In this document: piece after piece, positions 45,347-55,297 of the stretch
Layout of the letters: every line of letters starts with the position of its first letter
How positions within the stretch are numbered: position 1 is the first letter of the stretch
Assembly (NCBI GenBank): GCA_016193335.1
Contig: JACPSK010000001.1
Coordinates: 519,738-583,737 of the forward strand
Source of the DNA: Candidatus Magasanikiibacteriota bacterium
GTDB lineage: Bacteria > Patescibacteriota > Patescibacteriia > Magasanikbacterales > UBA922
Direction: 5' to 3'
Length of the DNA stretch: 64,000 nucleotides
Program-made: the position numbers and the translations under genes
Notes under the pieces: generated by a model
What the model was told of the DNA's origin: nothing
The model's input: the letters and a program-made list of their open reading frames with translations, nothing else
Databases searched by the model: none

Positions 45347-48300
45347 TTACCTAGGTTCTCCGAATGGCCCTTGTGGACCTCCTTGTGGCCCACCTGAAGG
45401 AAAACCATTGTTTTGTTGAGAGCCAGGACCCGGTTGAAATCCTCCATTCGGTCCAGAGTCAGAACGAAAATTTTCACGTCTCTCCCCCCCAAATTCCGGC
45501 CGTGGCTTGGGCGAAGGCAAAGGATCAAGCCCAACCTTTTGGTCTCCTCTAAATTCGCTGCTCGGTCTGTTTCGATCTCCTAAGATAGGAGCTTGAGAAT
45601 CATTTGAATTTGGAATGAATACTTTCTTTTTACCTTCATTGTTAGGAGAAAATGATTGATCACCACGTAACCTATCATTTATATTTTCAAACTCCGGCCG
45701 TGGCTTGGGCGAAGGCAAAGGATCAAGCCCTGCTTTTTCGTCTTGTCTAAATTGATCGCCAAACCTGTTTCGATTCCCCGATATGGGACCCGGCAAACCA
45801 CTCGGCATTGGGATCAAACCTCTTTTTTCACGTTCATCATCGGGAGAAGACGAACGATCACCACGTAATCCATCACCCGAATTCTCAAATTCAGGTCTGG
45901 GCATCGGTGAGGGTAAGGGTACAAGACCGGCCTTCTCATTTCTATCAAAACTCTCATTTTGTCTTCTAAAATCAGCTGATTCAGAGCCACCAAATTGTTT
46001 CCCTGAATTGTCCCGGCTTCTTTGTTCAAATCCTTGATTCTGACCGGGAATCTGAAAAGAAGGCACTTGAGACCCGGGCTGAAATGATCCTCCATTCTGT
46101 TTGAAAGAAGAATCGCGCGGATCGCCTTGGTCTCTAAAATTAGCAGGATCAAAGTCTCTTCGCTCTCCTTCAGTACCCTGATTTTCTTGTCTGGCTCTGC
46201 CAGTAAAATCTCTTAAATCACGCTCGATGGAAAAAAACTCTTCCTCTTCGGTTCTTCGTTCTTTGTCCACCTGTGTCATTTGTTCAAAACGCTTGCGCTC
46301 TTCGGCCTTACAGCCCTCATCGCAGAAAGGATCGGCATTCAAGTGGCTTTCAAAAAATTCTTTCCGTTTTTGTTCGTCCTTAGCTTCCAAGTTTCGAAAC
46401 CGCTCATTACGTTCTTCTTGAGCGGCTCTCTGTTCTTCTTCAGAACCTGCGTTCTGAAGACGTGATTCGAATTCTTGTTCCAATTTTTGTCGTTCTTCTC
46501 CTTGTCGAAATTGAAATTCAAATTCTTCGTTCTGGACAGATTCAATCATCTGTCTTTTTTCTTTAAAACGTTCCGCGAAACCGGGATCACGACGTTCCAA
46601 TTCATTCAAAACTTCTTTTGGAATATCAAAACGTTCCTGGAACTGCTGAAATTCTCTTGGATCGCGAATTTCCTGAAGATTTTCTTTTATGCGATCGGAC
46701 TGAGCATCAATGGCCCGATCAAATACTCGATCAAAGCCTTGAGGAGGACCAAAACGTCTAGGATCAAAACTCGGGCCTTCTTCTCCTGCAAAACCTGCCG
46801 GGCCAAAGAAGTCCTCCGGACGTTCAGAAAAATCGTTCTGAAGCCTTCTAAATATTTCTATGTCGCCCGGATTATTGGAGCTGATTTCTTCAAAAAAACG
46901 TTCCCCTTCATCCCTGGCACGCTCAGCAAACCTAGATTTAGCTTCACGTTCCATGTTTTCTATGAACTCACGTTTTTTGGGGTCTGATTTAACCTTTTCC
47001 TCAAGCTGTTGGATAAGTCTAAAAGTGTTAGGATCCGGTTTCTCGGCCATCTGACGAGAAAGCTCACGAAAGCGTTCTGCGTCTGCTTCGGCGTCCGGGA
47101 AGGCCGCCACAAATGATTGTATACTTTTTTCCTCTTCCTGTTTAAATTCTTTCTCTATCTCTTCATCTTTAAAACGGACGCGTTCTTTAAGATCTTGAAT
47201 GGTTTTCATTCGTTCCACACCCACGGAAGATTCTTGATCCTGAAAGCGTTGCATCATGCGCTCACGAGCTCGCGTTTTAAATTCGTTGTCTCCAAATTCT
47301 CCTTCAAATTTACTTTGGAAACGGCGAGCGCTTATATCTTTGGCACGCTCGATTTTGGTTCTAATCTCTTCAGGCAGCCCTTCCACGGATTTAAGCTGAT
47401 CAAAAATTTCCATGTTTCTTGTTTCATCTCCGCCAACTTTATGGGCGTAGCGTTCAAAACGGTCGCCTCTCTCGCTTTCAGGCAATTGTTCAAAGCCATC
47501 TTTAAAACGATTCAAGGCGTTTTCTTGAGCCTGACGAATGGCTCCACGAGCTTCCATGGGTACATGATCTTCAATCCGTTTCAAAACTTCAAGATTTCTT
47601 AAATTTTTGAATTCGCTCCCTGTTTGCCGTTCAAGCACACGATCAAAACGTTCGGTAAGTCTCTCCTGGTTTTCTTCCACACGGGCTATCACCTGCGCCG
47701 CGTGATTGCTCGCTTGATCGCGCGCCTCTTGCACGCGTTCCACGACTCTCTGGGCCACTCCTTCCGGAGCATTCTCGATAATTCTTTGTTCAATGTGTTC
47801 CAATATCTTTTGTTGTTTAATCTGTTTGTCTATCACATTGTCCAAAAGCCGATTAACTCCGGCGTCAGAAGCGCCGCGTTCTCTCAAAGAGTCGGCTTTG
47901 TCTTGTATGTTCTGAAGTCTGTCTTCGAATCGCTCCACTACTCGAGCCACTGCTTCTGTGGCTTGTTCGTCATTAGGATGTTCTTCCACCGCCTGTCTTG
48001 CCTCCTGTAAGTCGACATTACTCCATCTCAACTCGAGTTCAGCTTCTTTTACCGGATTCAAAGTAACGGCTTTTTGTACTGTTCTTCCTATGCCTCTAAA
48101 AAAATTCTTCACTCCAAACAAAGCGTCACCCGGCACTACACGGGATTCTTCTACTCCAAGATCTTCATTTGTTACACGAGCGTCTTCTTCAGCCTCCTCT
48201 GAGGTTTCTTCAGATGTTTCTGCCGCAGGCTCAGCGCTTTCCTCAGAATCCGCAACTCCCGCGGTTTCGCCTGTCTCTGGTCCTTGCTCTAGACCGGCGT

Positions 48301-48478
48301 CTCCATTGTCTTCTGACACAGGGTCAGGAGTTTCGGGATCTGCCGTTCCAGTAGCGCCTGTCTCGGATGCCGCAGGTTCGCCAGGAACCGCGGGCTCATC
48401 GGATTGAGCCAAAACAGGACCGGTGCTTACTGCCAAAGAGAGAAGAGTTGTTAACAATGCGACTTTTTTGTGTTCCAT
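45347..48478 (-). CDS. Large secreted acidic low-complexity protein (signal peptide, E/R/D/F-rich coiled-coil region, C-terminal 66-aa tandem repeats)
   Basis: Signal peptide MEHKKVALLTTLLSLAVSTGPVLA. About 40% charged residues. Repeats GLDPLPSPKPRPEFEN...RGDQ occur x3. Confidence 0.6.
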   Translation of the reverse strand: MEHKKVALLTTLLSLAVSTGPVLAQSDEPAVPGEPAASETGATGTADPETPDPVSEDNGDAGLEQGPETGETAGVADSEESAEPAAETSEETSEEAEEDARVTNEDLGVEESRVVPGDALFGVKNFFRGIGRTVQKAVTLNPVKEAELELRWSNVDLQEARQAVEEHPNDEQATEAVARVVERFEDRLQNIQDKADSLRERGASDAGVNRLLDNVIDKQIKQQKILEHIEQRIIENAPEGVAQRVVERVQEARDQASNHAAQVIARVEENQERLTERFDRVLERQTGSEFKNLRNLEVLKRIEDHVPMEARGAIRQAQENALNRFKDGFEQLPESERGDRFERYAHKVGGDETRNMEIFDQLKSVEGLPEEIRTKIERAKDISARRFQSKFEGEFGDNEFKTRARERMMQRFQDQESSVGVERMKTIQDLKERVRFKDEEIEKEFKQEEEKSIQSFVAAFPDAEADAERFRELSRQMAEKPDPNTFRLIQQLEEKVKSDPKKREFIENMEREAKSRFAERARDEGERFFEEISSNNPGDIEIFRRLQNDFSERPEDFFGPAGFAGEEGPSFDPRRFGPPQGFDRVFDRAIDAQSDRIKENLQEIRDPREFQQFQERFDIPKEVLNELERRDPGFAERFKEKRQMIESVQNEEFEFQFRQGEERQKLEQEFESRLQNAGSEEEQRAAQEERNERFRNLEAKDEQKRKEFFESHLNADPFCDEGCKAEERKRFEQMTQVDKERRTEEEEFFSIERDLRDFTGRARQENQGTEGERRDFDPANFRDQGDPRDSSFKQNGGSFQPGSQVPSFQIPGQNQGFEQRSRDNSGKQFGGSESADFRRQNESFDRNEKAGLVPLPSPMPRPEFENSGDGLRGDRSSSPDDEREKRGLIPMPSGLPGPISGNRNRFGDQFRQDEKAGLDPLPSPKPRPEFENINDRLRGDQSFSPNNEGKKKVFIPNSNDSQAPILGDRNRPSSEFRGDQKVGLDPLPSPKPRPEFGGERRENFRSDSGPNGGFQPGPGSQQNNGFPSGGPQGGPQGPFGEPR
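45440..46000. repeat. Intragenic tandem repeat (~198-bp unit x ~3)
   Basis: TCCGGCCGTGGCTTGGGCGAAGGCAAAGGATCAAGCC recurs at 45496 and 45694, with a diverged third unit near 45895. Confidence 0.5.
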
Positions 48479-48773
48479 ATTGTTCGATTGGAATTATGAC
48501 TTAAGTAATATGTTTAATGTAATGATTCTATATTCACGATAAAATATTTTCTGCAAAATAAAATTCAGCCCTGAGGCTGAACCATCAAAAAACTTCGATG
48601 TCCGCGGCGACACTCACGCGAGTAGTAAAAATAAAAGAGAATGTCGCCGTTTCAAATTTCATAATGCAAATATTTGTGTTTGATGTTTATCTTTAAAGAA
48701 AGTATAGCACAAAAAAGCAGATTTGTCAAGATTATTGTATACAAAAATGAACAAAAATATATCTTGTCCATCA

Positions 48774-48802
48774 AAAAAACTCCGATACAGGAGTTTTTTT
48801 TA
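48774..48802 (-). terminator. Bidirectional rho-independent terminator downstream of ychF
   Basis: AAACTCC-gataca-GGAGTTT hairpin flanked by A7 and T8 runs. Confidence 0.45.
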
Positions 48803-48921
48803 ATCCAGACTCAGTTAGAATACTGAAAGATAAAAAAATTTAAGCCGCACGGAGACCATTCGTCACGATTCACTACAAAAGAATGAATTTTTTCTAGCGC
48901 CTGTGTTCTGGATATACAAAA

Positions 48922-49992
48922 TTAGGTGCTCACATGAAAATAGCACACATCCCCGTCAAGAACTTCGTAATCCTTGCCCACCAATTTCATTTTTCCTTTT
49001 TCTTTTACACCAGTCCAGCCGCCTTCTGACACAAAATCCTTCCAATTCGCCACATCCGCCTTTATGTATCCCTTTATAAAATCAGTATGGATGACGCCGG
49101 CCGCGTCCGGTCCAAGAGTCCCTCGGGTCACGGTCCAAGCACGAGTTTCCGGTTCTCCGGAGGTAAAAAAGGTAAGCAAATTCAAAAGCCTATAACCTGC
49201 CACAATTATCTTGTCCAACCCAGTCTGTTCCATGCCGAGTTCCTTCATATAGGCTTTTGCTTCCTCTTCAGACAAATCCACCAATTCTGCCTCAAGCTTG
49301 GCGGAAATAGAGACATGGGGAACATTTTCCTCTACCAAAATGCCTTTGTCACCGGATCCTTCATCTTCATTCATAATATACATCAAAGGTTTGTCTGAAA
49401 GCAGATGCAATTGTTTTATGTATATTATTTCTTCTTTTGTACGTTCAAAACTCCGCGCGGGCATACCTGCTTCAAGATGTTTTAAAAGACGTTCACAGAG
49501 CCCAAGCTCAAGGGCCGCTTCTTTGGCCTGAACGCCCTTTGCTTTGCTTTTGATTCTTTCAAAGTATTTGCCAAGAGTCTGCCAGTCTGCCATTATCAAT
49601 TCCAAATTTATTACTTCAGCATCTGTCTTGGGGTTCACTGCCCCATGCACATGGCTAACATTCAAATCCGAAAAATCACGAACCACATGGGCGATAGCGT
49701 CTACTTCTCTTATATGAGCAAGAAATTTATTACCAAGCCCTTCTCCTTCTGAAGCTCCTTTTACCAGACCCGCTATATCCACAAATTCGATGGCGGTTGG
49801 GACGATCTTTTTTGATTTGGAAACGTCTGAAAGCTTTTGCAAGCGCTCGTCTGGAACCGCTACCACCCCCACATTGGGTTCTATGGTGCAAAAAGGATAA
49901 TTCTGGGCCTCAGCCTGTTTGCTTCGGGTAAGCGCGTTGAAGAGTGTGGATTTACCGACATTTGGAAGACCAACAATGCCTATAGAAAGCAT
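48922..49992 (-). CDS. ychF: Ribosome-binding ATPase YchF (Obg-family)
   Basis: G1 [13 protein letters not shown]3 [10 protein letters not shown], and the TGS C-terminal domain. The ORF track extends over the adjacent tRNA; the likely start is MLSIGIVG. Confidence 0.85.
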   Translation of the reverse strand: MLSIGIVGLPNVGKSTLFNALTRSKQAEAQNYPFCTIEPNVGVVAVPDERLQKLSDVSKSKKIVPTAIEFVDIAGLVKGASEGEGLGNKFLAHIREVDAIAHVVRDFSDLNVSHVHGAVNPKTDAEVINLELIMADWQTLGKYFERIKSKAKGVQAKEAALELGLCERLLKHLEAGMPARSFERTKEEIIYIKQLHLLSDKPLMYIMNEDEGSGDKGILVEENVPHVSISAKLEAELVDLSEEEAKAYMKELGMEQTGLDKIIVAGYRLLNLLTFFTSGEPETRAWTVTRGTLGPDAAGVIHTDFIKGYIKADVANWKDFVSEGGWTGVKEKGKMKLVGKDYEVLDGDVCYFHVST

Positions 49993-50003
49993 AAAAATTT
50001 TTG

Positions 50004-50077
50004 TGGACCATAGCGGATTTGAACCGCTGACCCCTTGCATGCCATGCAAGTGCTCTAGCCAGCTGAGCTAATGGCCC
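50004..50077 (-). tRNA. tRNA-Ala (anticodon GGC)
   Basis: Reverse complement GGGCCATTAGCTCAGCTGGCTAGAGCACTTGCATGGCATGCAAGGGGTCAGCGGTTCAAATCCGCTATGGTCCA. It has the G3:U70 identity pair, an anticodon loop ATGGCAT, and T loop TTCAAAT. Confidence 0.85.
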
Positions 50078-50166
50078 TTTATTCAATAAAAATCAAAAAC
50101 ACTATAACAAGAGAGCTGCGTGTCGTCAATCCCAACTTAAGCAGCCATGTTATCCACAAAACCATT

Positions 50167-50195
50167 TTGACAAAGCTGAGTCTTGTCATTATAAT
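50167..50195 (+). promoter_or_regulatory. Consensus sigma70 promoter (TTGACA-17 bp-TATAAT) with no annotated gene immediately downstream
   Basis: Exact -35 TTGACA at 50167-50172, a 17-nt spacer, and exact -10 TATAAT at 50190-50195. Confidence 0.5.
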
Positions 50196-50531
50196 CAATT
50201 CAGTTCTTTTTAAAATTCACTTATCAAGAAGAGACGAGGGATTTGGCCCTATGACTCTCTACCAACCTGATTCTATCGTTTCGCTGGTTCTTCCGGCAGA
50301 GACGGCAAAGAAATAAGGTGGTCCTTCCAACCCACACTGGGGAAGATGCGCCGACATTCAAAAAATGTTGGAAAAATATAAACTTCTTATCTGGTGGGTA
50401 AGATTTTTTTGTTTTATACCCTAACATAAGACAGAAATATCTTACCCGCGGGTATCGGTGAGAAGTCTGTTGGTCCGAGACGGACCAACAGGTGAAAGAA
50501 ACCAAGCAAGCGAATGAGGAGAAACGAACAA

Positions 50532-50888
50532 ATGGCTATCATCAGTCCACAGAAGGAAGCCTTGCTGGCTCTCGCAAGAGTTGCAAGGCAGAGAGATTGG
50601 ATCCTGCCGATCGGCGACTGCCAGCTGGAACTCCAGGGCTATCCAAGGGCGATTCTCCTCGGCCTGCGCCATGACGTGGGCGGAGAAACCGTGGTCTTGC
50701 TCGGCCGGGGAGAGCGCGTCTACGCCGAGATCCCCGGACCCTGCGTCTTCGTGCACTTGCGAGATGCAACTGTGGCTGAGTGTGCCAAGGTCTCGGCCTC
50801 GCGTGTGGACGCGGCCGAGCTCCTCCGTCTGGAGGATGGGTGTCTGGTCCCAACCGGGATCACGGAGGTCTTCGCGAGGCTCGCCTAG
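50532..50888 (+). CDS. Hypothetical protein in GC-rich (~62%) island
   Basis: 118-aa ORF MAIISPQKEALLALARVARQ... with a GAGGAG RBS 10 nt upstream. Both strands are open here, so the coding call is tentative. Confidence 0.3.
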   Translation: MAIISPQKEALLALARVARQRDWILPIGDCQLELQGYPRAILLGLRHDVGGETVVLLGRGERVYAEIPGPCVFVHLRDATVAECAKVSASRVDAAELLRLEDGCLVPTGITEVFARLA

Positions 50889-51333
50889 CGCAGTTCTTTG
50901 TTCTTTGTTTTGATCCGCTCGATGTGGAGAATCGAGCGGCCTTCAGCTTAGGGACGATAGAAAAATCGTAGATGAGCTGAGAGCTTTAAAGATGTCAGGA
51001 AGTAATTGGGAAAGTCGGATAGAAAATTTTGAGCACGATATTCTTAAAAAACAATCCTATGACGGATTCATCAAAAAAGGAGCAGAACGAGAAAGCGAGT
51101 TCATCAGAGAAATGGAGTAATGGCATGATCTCCCATGAGGAATGGGACAGAAGATTCGGCCCGATACCAGAGTTTATTCTCACTATTCCTTATATCAATA
51201 AGCCAAAAAAACAGTCCGATTAATGGAATTATTAAAATAAAGAAATAATATGGCACAAACAGAAGAACAAAGAAAATATACTGATGACGCTATGAAAGAG
51301 TTAATGGGTGGACAAGATGAAGAAACAGAAAAA

Positions 51334-51360
51334 CAGTCCGGCTAAGCCGGACTGTTTTTA
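51334..51360 (+). terminator. Rho-independent terminator
   Basis: ACAGTCCGGC-taa-GCCGGACTGT perfect 10-bp stem followed by TTTTTA. Confidence 0.5.
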
Positions 51361-52050
51361 GTCATCCATTCTCCAAATTATCGAGAGTACCATTAGATTA
51401 TTTATATTGTACGACGTCATTTTTTATAATATTCTAAAAAATAATCCGAGTGCGCTTTCTATTATGTTAAAAAGGTTTACCTTTGTAACCTCATAAGGGG
51501 AACTGTACAAATAGTTGACAAACACTGGCGACTGTGCTACTCTGCACAGTCGCCGTACCTCCAAACAACAGGAAGGAACACGGCGCCTCAGGTCTCAGAC
51601 TCGCAGACGAACTGCCCCACAAAGCCGGGCCAAAGCACCCGGCCGAGGTGCCCGAAACGCACCGGGCAGTCGCGCTGGTAGGCGCCTGAGATGAGCAGTA
51701 CACCGCAGTCGAGCTGGCGACCTCAGGGAGCCTGAACAGGACTTCCCGAGGTCGGGCAGCTCGCAGCGCGGGGTTCGTACTGTTCCTGTCGCCCCCGTTG
51801 GGGGCTGTAGGGGCAGGAGCTTCACTCTCCTGCCCCGTCCGACCACTTGAGCATGACATCCGAGGCTCGGATGCTGCGCTCATGTGATCGGCCTTCAAAT
51901 TAATAATAGAGAGAAGTGGAACGACGCCGAAAGCCCATGAACTGCTCCCCTGAGCAGCGCACGGGCTGGTGGAGTCGTGTGCCTGGTGTCTATTCCACCT
52001 CGCACGCTGGCGTCTGATAGCGCCCCACCAGCACCCTTCAACGACAAGAA

Positions 52051-52076
52051 GCCCGGCAAGAAGCCGGGTCTTTTTC
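52051..52076 (+). terminator. Rho-independent terminator at the end of the GC-rich non-coding block
   Basis: GCCCGGC-aagaa-GCCGGGTC followed by TTTTT. Confidence 0.5.
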
Positions 52077-52682
52077 GTATCCGGATGACGGACAGGACTC
52101 GCCAACGAACGGGCTCCTGCGCGATGCTCGTCGCAGAACTTCAGAATGTAGGTGAAGCCCCAAAATGAAGAACGGCCCAGGAGAGTATCCTGAGTCGGCG
52201 AAGGGCGTCGGCCGAACTGGTCACGCGGGAACGTGACCGGCAAGGCCTTCCAACAAGTCGGAGCGCATGAAGGAACCATGCATACCAACCTGTCAGTTCT
52301 GCCTCCGCCCACGCGGAGATGCTTGGCTGTTATTCATTCTTCTTACACTACCTGGTACCTGTCTGCCTTGTCAAGGCATGGACAGAGCTTGCTGTGAGGG
52401 CTGAAGTATCGGCGGCATGCTACGTGAGAGCCGCGGGCAGTTCCTTAATCATGATTGTGTATCAATTTAAACATTAAAAAAAGATTAAATAAAGTTTAAT
52501 GTGGAACTTAATAAAATTTAATCTGGGCCAGTTAACAATTAACAAACACAATTAATATCACTGAAATATAAGGAAAAAAACTTAATGGGTGTTTTCATTT
52601 TATAGGGCAAACTATATTGGAATTATTCATAAAAGAACAAAATTGTGTATATTATTGTATACAATTTTATTTATAACGCGGC

Positions 52683-52831
52683 CATTTCCCCTTTACTAAA
52701 GGGGAAATGTAGAGAAGATGTCCTTGGGTTTTTCTCAATGGATTCGTAAGTACCCCCTACATCCCTTATACAAACGCCCCCTACTTCCCCTCCTTAGTAA
52801 AGGAGGGAATTCTGGCTGCGAGGTCTATTCC
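52683..52831. repeat. Copy R6 (diverged) of the composite palindromic repeat family
   Basis: TTTCCCCTTTACTAAAGGGGAAATGTAGAG...CCCTACTTCCCCTCCTTagtaaAGGAGGGAATTCTGGCTGCGAGGTCT. Confidence 0.5.
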
Positions 52832-52854
52832 ATTAAGGAAAAATAGAGCAATAG

Positions 52855-52926
52855 TGACCCCACCACGAATCGAACGTGGATCTAGAACTTAGGAGATTCT
52901 CGTTCTATCCATTGAACTATGGGGTC
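52855..52926 (-). tRNA. tRNA-Arg (anticodon CCU)
   Basis: Reverse complement GACCCCATAGTTCAATGGATAGAACGAGAATCTCCTAAGTTCTAGATCCACGTTCGATTCGTGGTGGGGTCA. Acceptor GACCCCA/TGGGGTC, anticodon loop CTCCTAA, T arm CCACG-TTCGATT-CGTGG. Confidence 0.85.
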
Positions 52927-52984
52927 AGTACATCCGAGATGTTGCGGTAAAAACTCGCTTATGAGCCAAATTATAGAAACTCGT

Positions 52985-53764
52985 CTAAGCTAGTGCCCAA
53001 AGAAGCTTAAACATATCTCTTAGCATACGAACAAGTTGCGCGTGTCTAATATGAACAATTGCCAGCTCTTGTTGGTCTTCATAAAGGATCAAAACTTCGG
53101 CCTCGGCCAAAATGAGTTGTCCCCCAAAGAGAATGTTCTCCTTTGCCGTTTGTTTCATCCATTTGTTGTCTATTCCAAATTTATCAGGCTCAAGTGAAGC
53201 AATCCATTTCCTGCCGGCTTCATTGTCTGCCACAAGAAGATTGTCGGCAGTATCTAAGCCTATTCTTGAGATATATAGATTCCACCAGAGATCAAAAGCG
53301 CCAAAAACAGCCAAGCTGGAAGCATCCAGTATTGAAAGGGTCTGAGGATTATTTGTATAAAAATCGGTATATTCGGCTCGACAAGCATCCAAACCATGAA
53401 AAGTCTCTAGAGAAAATCTCTCATCAATACTATATAAAGATAAGAAATCTGGCAAGTGTAATTGAAGATCCCGAACGGTCCTCGCGGTTTCACTTTGCTT
53501 CTTCTCTGCCAGAGCAAGAAGATTCTGAGGGTGTAAGGAGCGATACATCTGTTTGCCAGAGTCTATTAATCCTCCGGATTCTGACCGAAGTCTTTTTACC
53601 AAACCGAGAGATTCCAATTTTCTCAAAATATGATAGCCCAAAGTTCTGGTGACTCCTGCTCTAGCTGTAACATGAGACACCGTGGACTCTCCGAGATCAA
53701 GCAAGGCAAGATACAGTTTTGCCTCAGATTCTTCCAATCCTATGGATTTGAGAATTTCAAGCAT
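52985..53764 (-). CDS. TrmB-family transcriptional regulator (winged-helix sugar-responsive regulator)
   Basis: N-terminal EAKLYLALLDLGESTVSHVTARAGVTRTLGYHILRKLESLGLV is a TrmB-type wHTH. A C-terminal effector domain is plausible. Confidence 0.6.
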   Translation of the reverse strand: MLEILKSIGLEESEAKLYLALLDLGESTVSHVTARAGVTRTLGYHILRKLESLGLVKRLRSESGGLIDSGKQMYRSLHPQNLLALAEKKQSETARTVRDLQLHLPDFLSLYSIDERFSLETFHGLDACRAEYTDFYTNNPQTLSILDASSLAVFGAFDLWWNLYISRIGLDTADNLLVADNEAGRKWIASLEPDKFGIDNKWMKQTAKENILFGGQLILAEAEVLILYEDQQELAIVHIRHAQLVRMLRDMFKLLWALA

Positions 53765-54131
53765 ATATATAAGTATAGAAAAAAGAGGCTAAATTGTCAA
53801 TTTTAATTTACAAAAAGTATGAATTTTAATATTTATATTTATTTTAAAATAAAAATGGCTGTCATTTTGTATATATACATTTACAAAATCAATACGCTAA
53901 AAATCCTTCAGGTCGATGTTTATTTTCAATTAAAAAATAGTGCCAAAAGAGAGACAGAAAAAAAAATCGAATGCGGCCAGATAATATGATGATAAGTTTT
54001 GCCTTAAAGGCCCAATTATGGTCACTATGCGGACTCTGAAGCACCTGCTATACTTCCACTCCGAAAAGTCTTCAAGGCTCAGCCACAAATTTCTTTTTTT
54101 CTTAAAAACTCCGATAATCCAATCTTATTCT

Positions 54132-55217
54132 ATGGAAATTTTTCTTCTCATCGCTCTACTTTTAATATTTTTGTCTCTTAGCATGGGTATTTTTTTTATG
54201 CATTCAAAGCTCAAAAGCATGGAAAAAAACAAACCCCAGGATGAAAACCTGTTTATGCTTCTTCAGCAACAAATCCAACAACTAAACAAAACCATGGACG
54301 AAAAAATGGGTGAGACCTACCGTGCGATGAACCAAACCCAAGCAAATATACATAAAACCATACAAGGGCAATTTGGCCAAAGCGCCAAACTGATCGGCGA
54401 CATCACGGAAAAACTTAGCAACTTAGACAAAACGAATCAGCAAGTCGTGGGATTTTCCCAACAACTGGCAAATTTGGAGCGGGTACTTACCAGCCAAAAG
54501 CGTAGAGGCAACCTTGGAGAGGCCGGCCTCCAATTGGTCCTCGAAAATATCCTGCCACCCGGAGCCTTCAAAATGCAATACCAGTTTGAAGACGGAGACA
54601 CGGTAGACGCCGCCGTTTTCGCGAAAGAAGGGATCATTCCTGTGGATGCCAAATTTTCCCTGGAGAATTACACGCGTCTCTTGGATGAAACGGACGAAAC
54701 CAGACGCGCTCAGCTCGAACGCGATTTTAAAGGTGATCTGAAACTGCGGATTGATGAAACCAGCAAATACATAAAGCCCAAGTACGGTACTTTGGAGTTC
54801 GCTTTTATGTTTATTCCCGCTGAAGCCATTTATTATGATCTTCTCGTAAATGAAGTTGGCGCGGTCAAGGTAAATACCAGAAGTCTTATAGATTATGCTT
54901 TTAACACAAAAAAAGTTATCATTGTCTCGCCAACTACCTTCGCGGCGTATCTCCAGACTGTGCTCCAAGGGCTTAGGGCTTTTCAGATCGAAGAAGGCGC
55001 GAAAGAGATCAGACAAAACGTGGAAAAGCTTGGCAAACACATAAAATCCTATGAAGATTATATGTTAAAACTTGGCACGAGCATGAGCACCACGGTAAAT
55101 CATTACAATAGCGCGTACAAGGAACTGGGAAAAATAGACAAAGACGTAGTGAAAATTACGGATGGAGAAAAAAAAATAGAACCACTTGAAATAGAGAGGC
55201 CGAGATTGAGAGAATAG
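54132..55217 (+). CDS. rmuC: DNA recombination protein RmuC
   Basis: N-terminal TM, a long coiled coil, and the RmuC core QKRRGNLGEAGLQLVLENILP...DAAVF...FMFIP. The ORF track starts at 54018; the likely start is MEIFLLIAL. Confidence 0.8.
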   Translation: MEIFLLIALLLIFLSLSMGIFFMHSKLKSMEKNKPQDENLFMLLQQQIQQLNKTMDEKMGETYRAMNQTQANIHKTIQGQFGQSAKLIGDITEKLSNLDKTNQQVVGFSQQLANLERVLTSQKRRGNLGEAGLQLVLENILPPGAFKMQYQFEDGDTVDAAVFAKEGIIPVDAKFSLENYTRLLDETDETRRAQLERDFKGDLKLRIDETSKYIKPKYGTLEFAFMFIPAEAIYYDLLVNEVGAVKVNTRSLIDYAFNTKKVIIVSPTTFAAYLQTVLQGLRAFQIEEGAKEIRQNVEKLGKHIKSYEDYMLKLGTSMSTTVNHYNSAYKELGKIDKDVVKITDGEKKIEPLEIERPRLRE

Positions 55218-55297
55218 GCGAGGGAAAAAATTCTGTAATGAACAGTAAGCACAAAAATCCTGCCATGGCTAAAAAACGGGTCCAGTAGTTACGCACT

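Noticed and set aside
51491-52312. 273-aa ORF on the minus strand in the GC-rich block
   Set aside because: Its amino-acid composition (R/S/C/W/A-rich) is implausible, and an equally long ORF overlaps it on the other strand. There is no RBS. It was interpreted as non-coding GC-rich DNA.
50440-52450. Search for tmRNA, RNase P RNA, SRP RNA or rRNA fragments in the GC-rich segments
   Set aside because: No tRNA-like 3' end with a tag-peptide ORF, no RNase P P4/GNRA signatures, and no 4.5S GGAAGCAGCCAAGG-type motif was seen by eye. The block is left as an unassigned candidate, not called as a known RNA.
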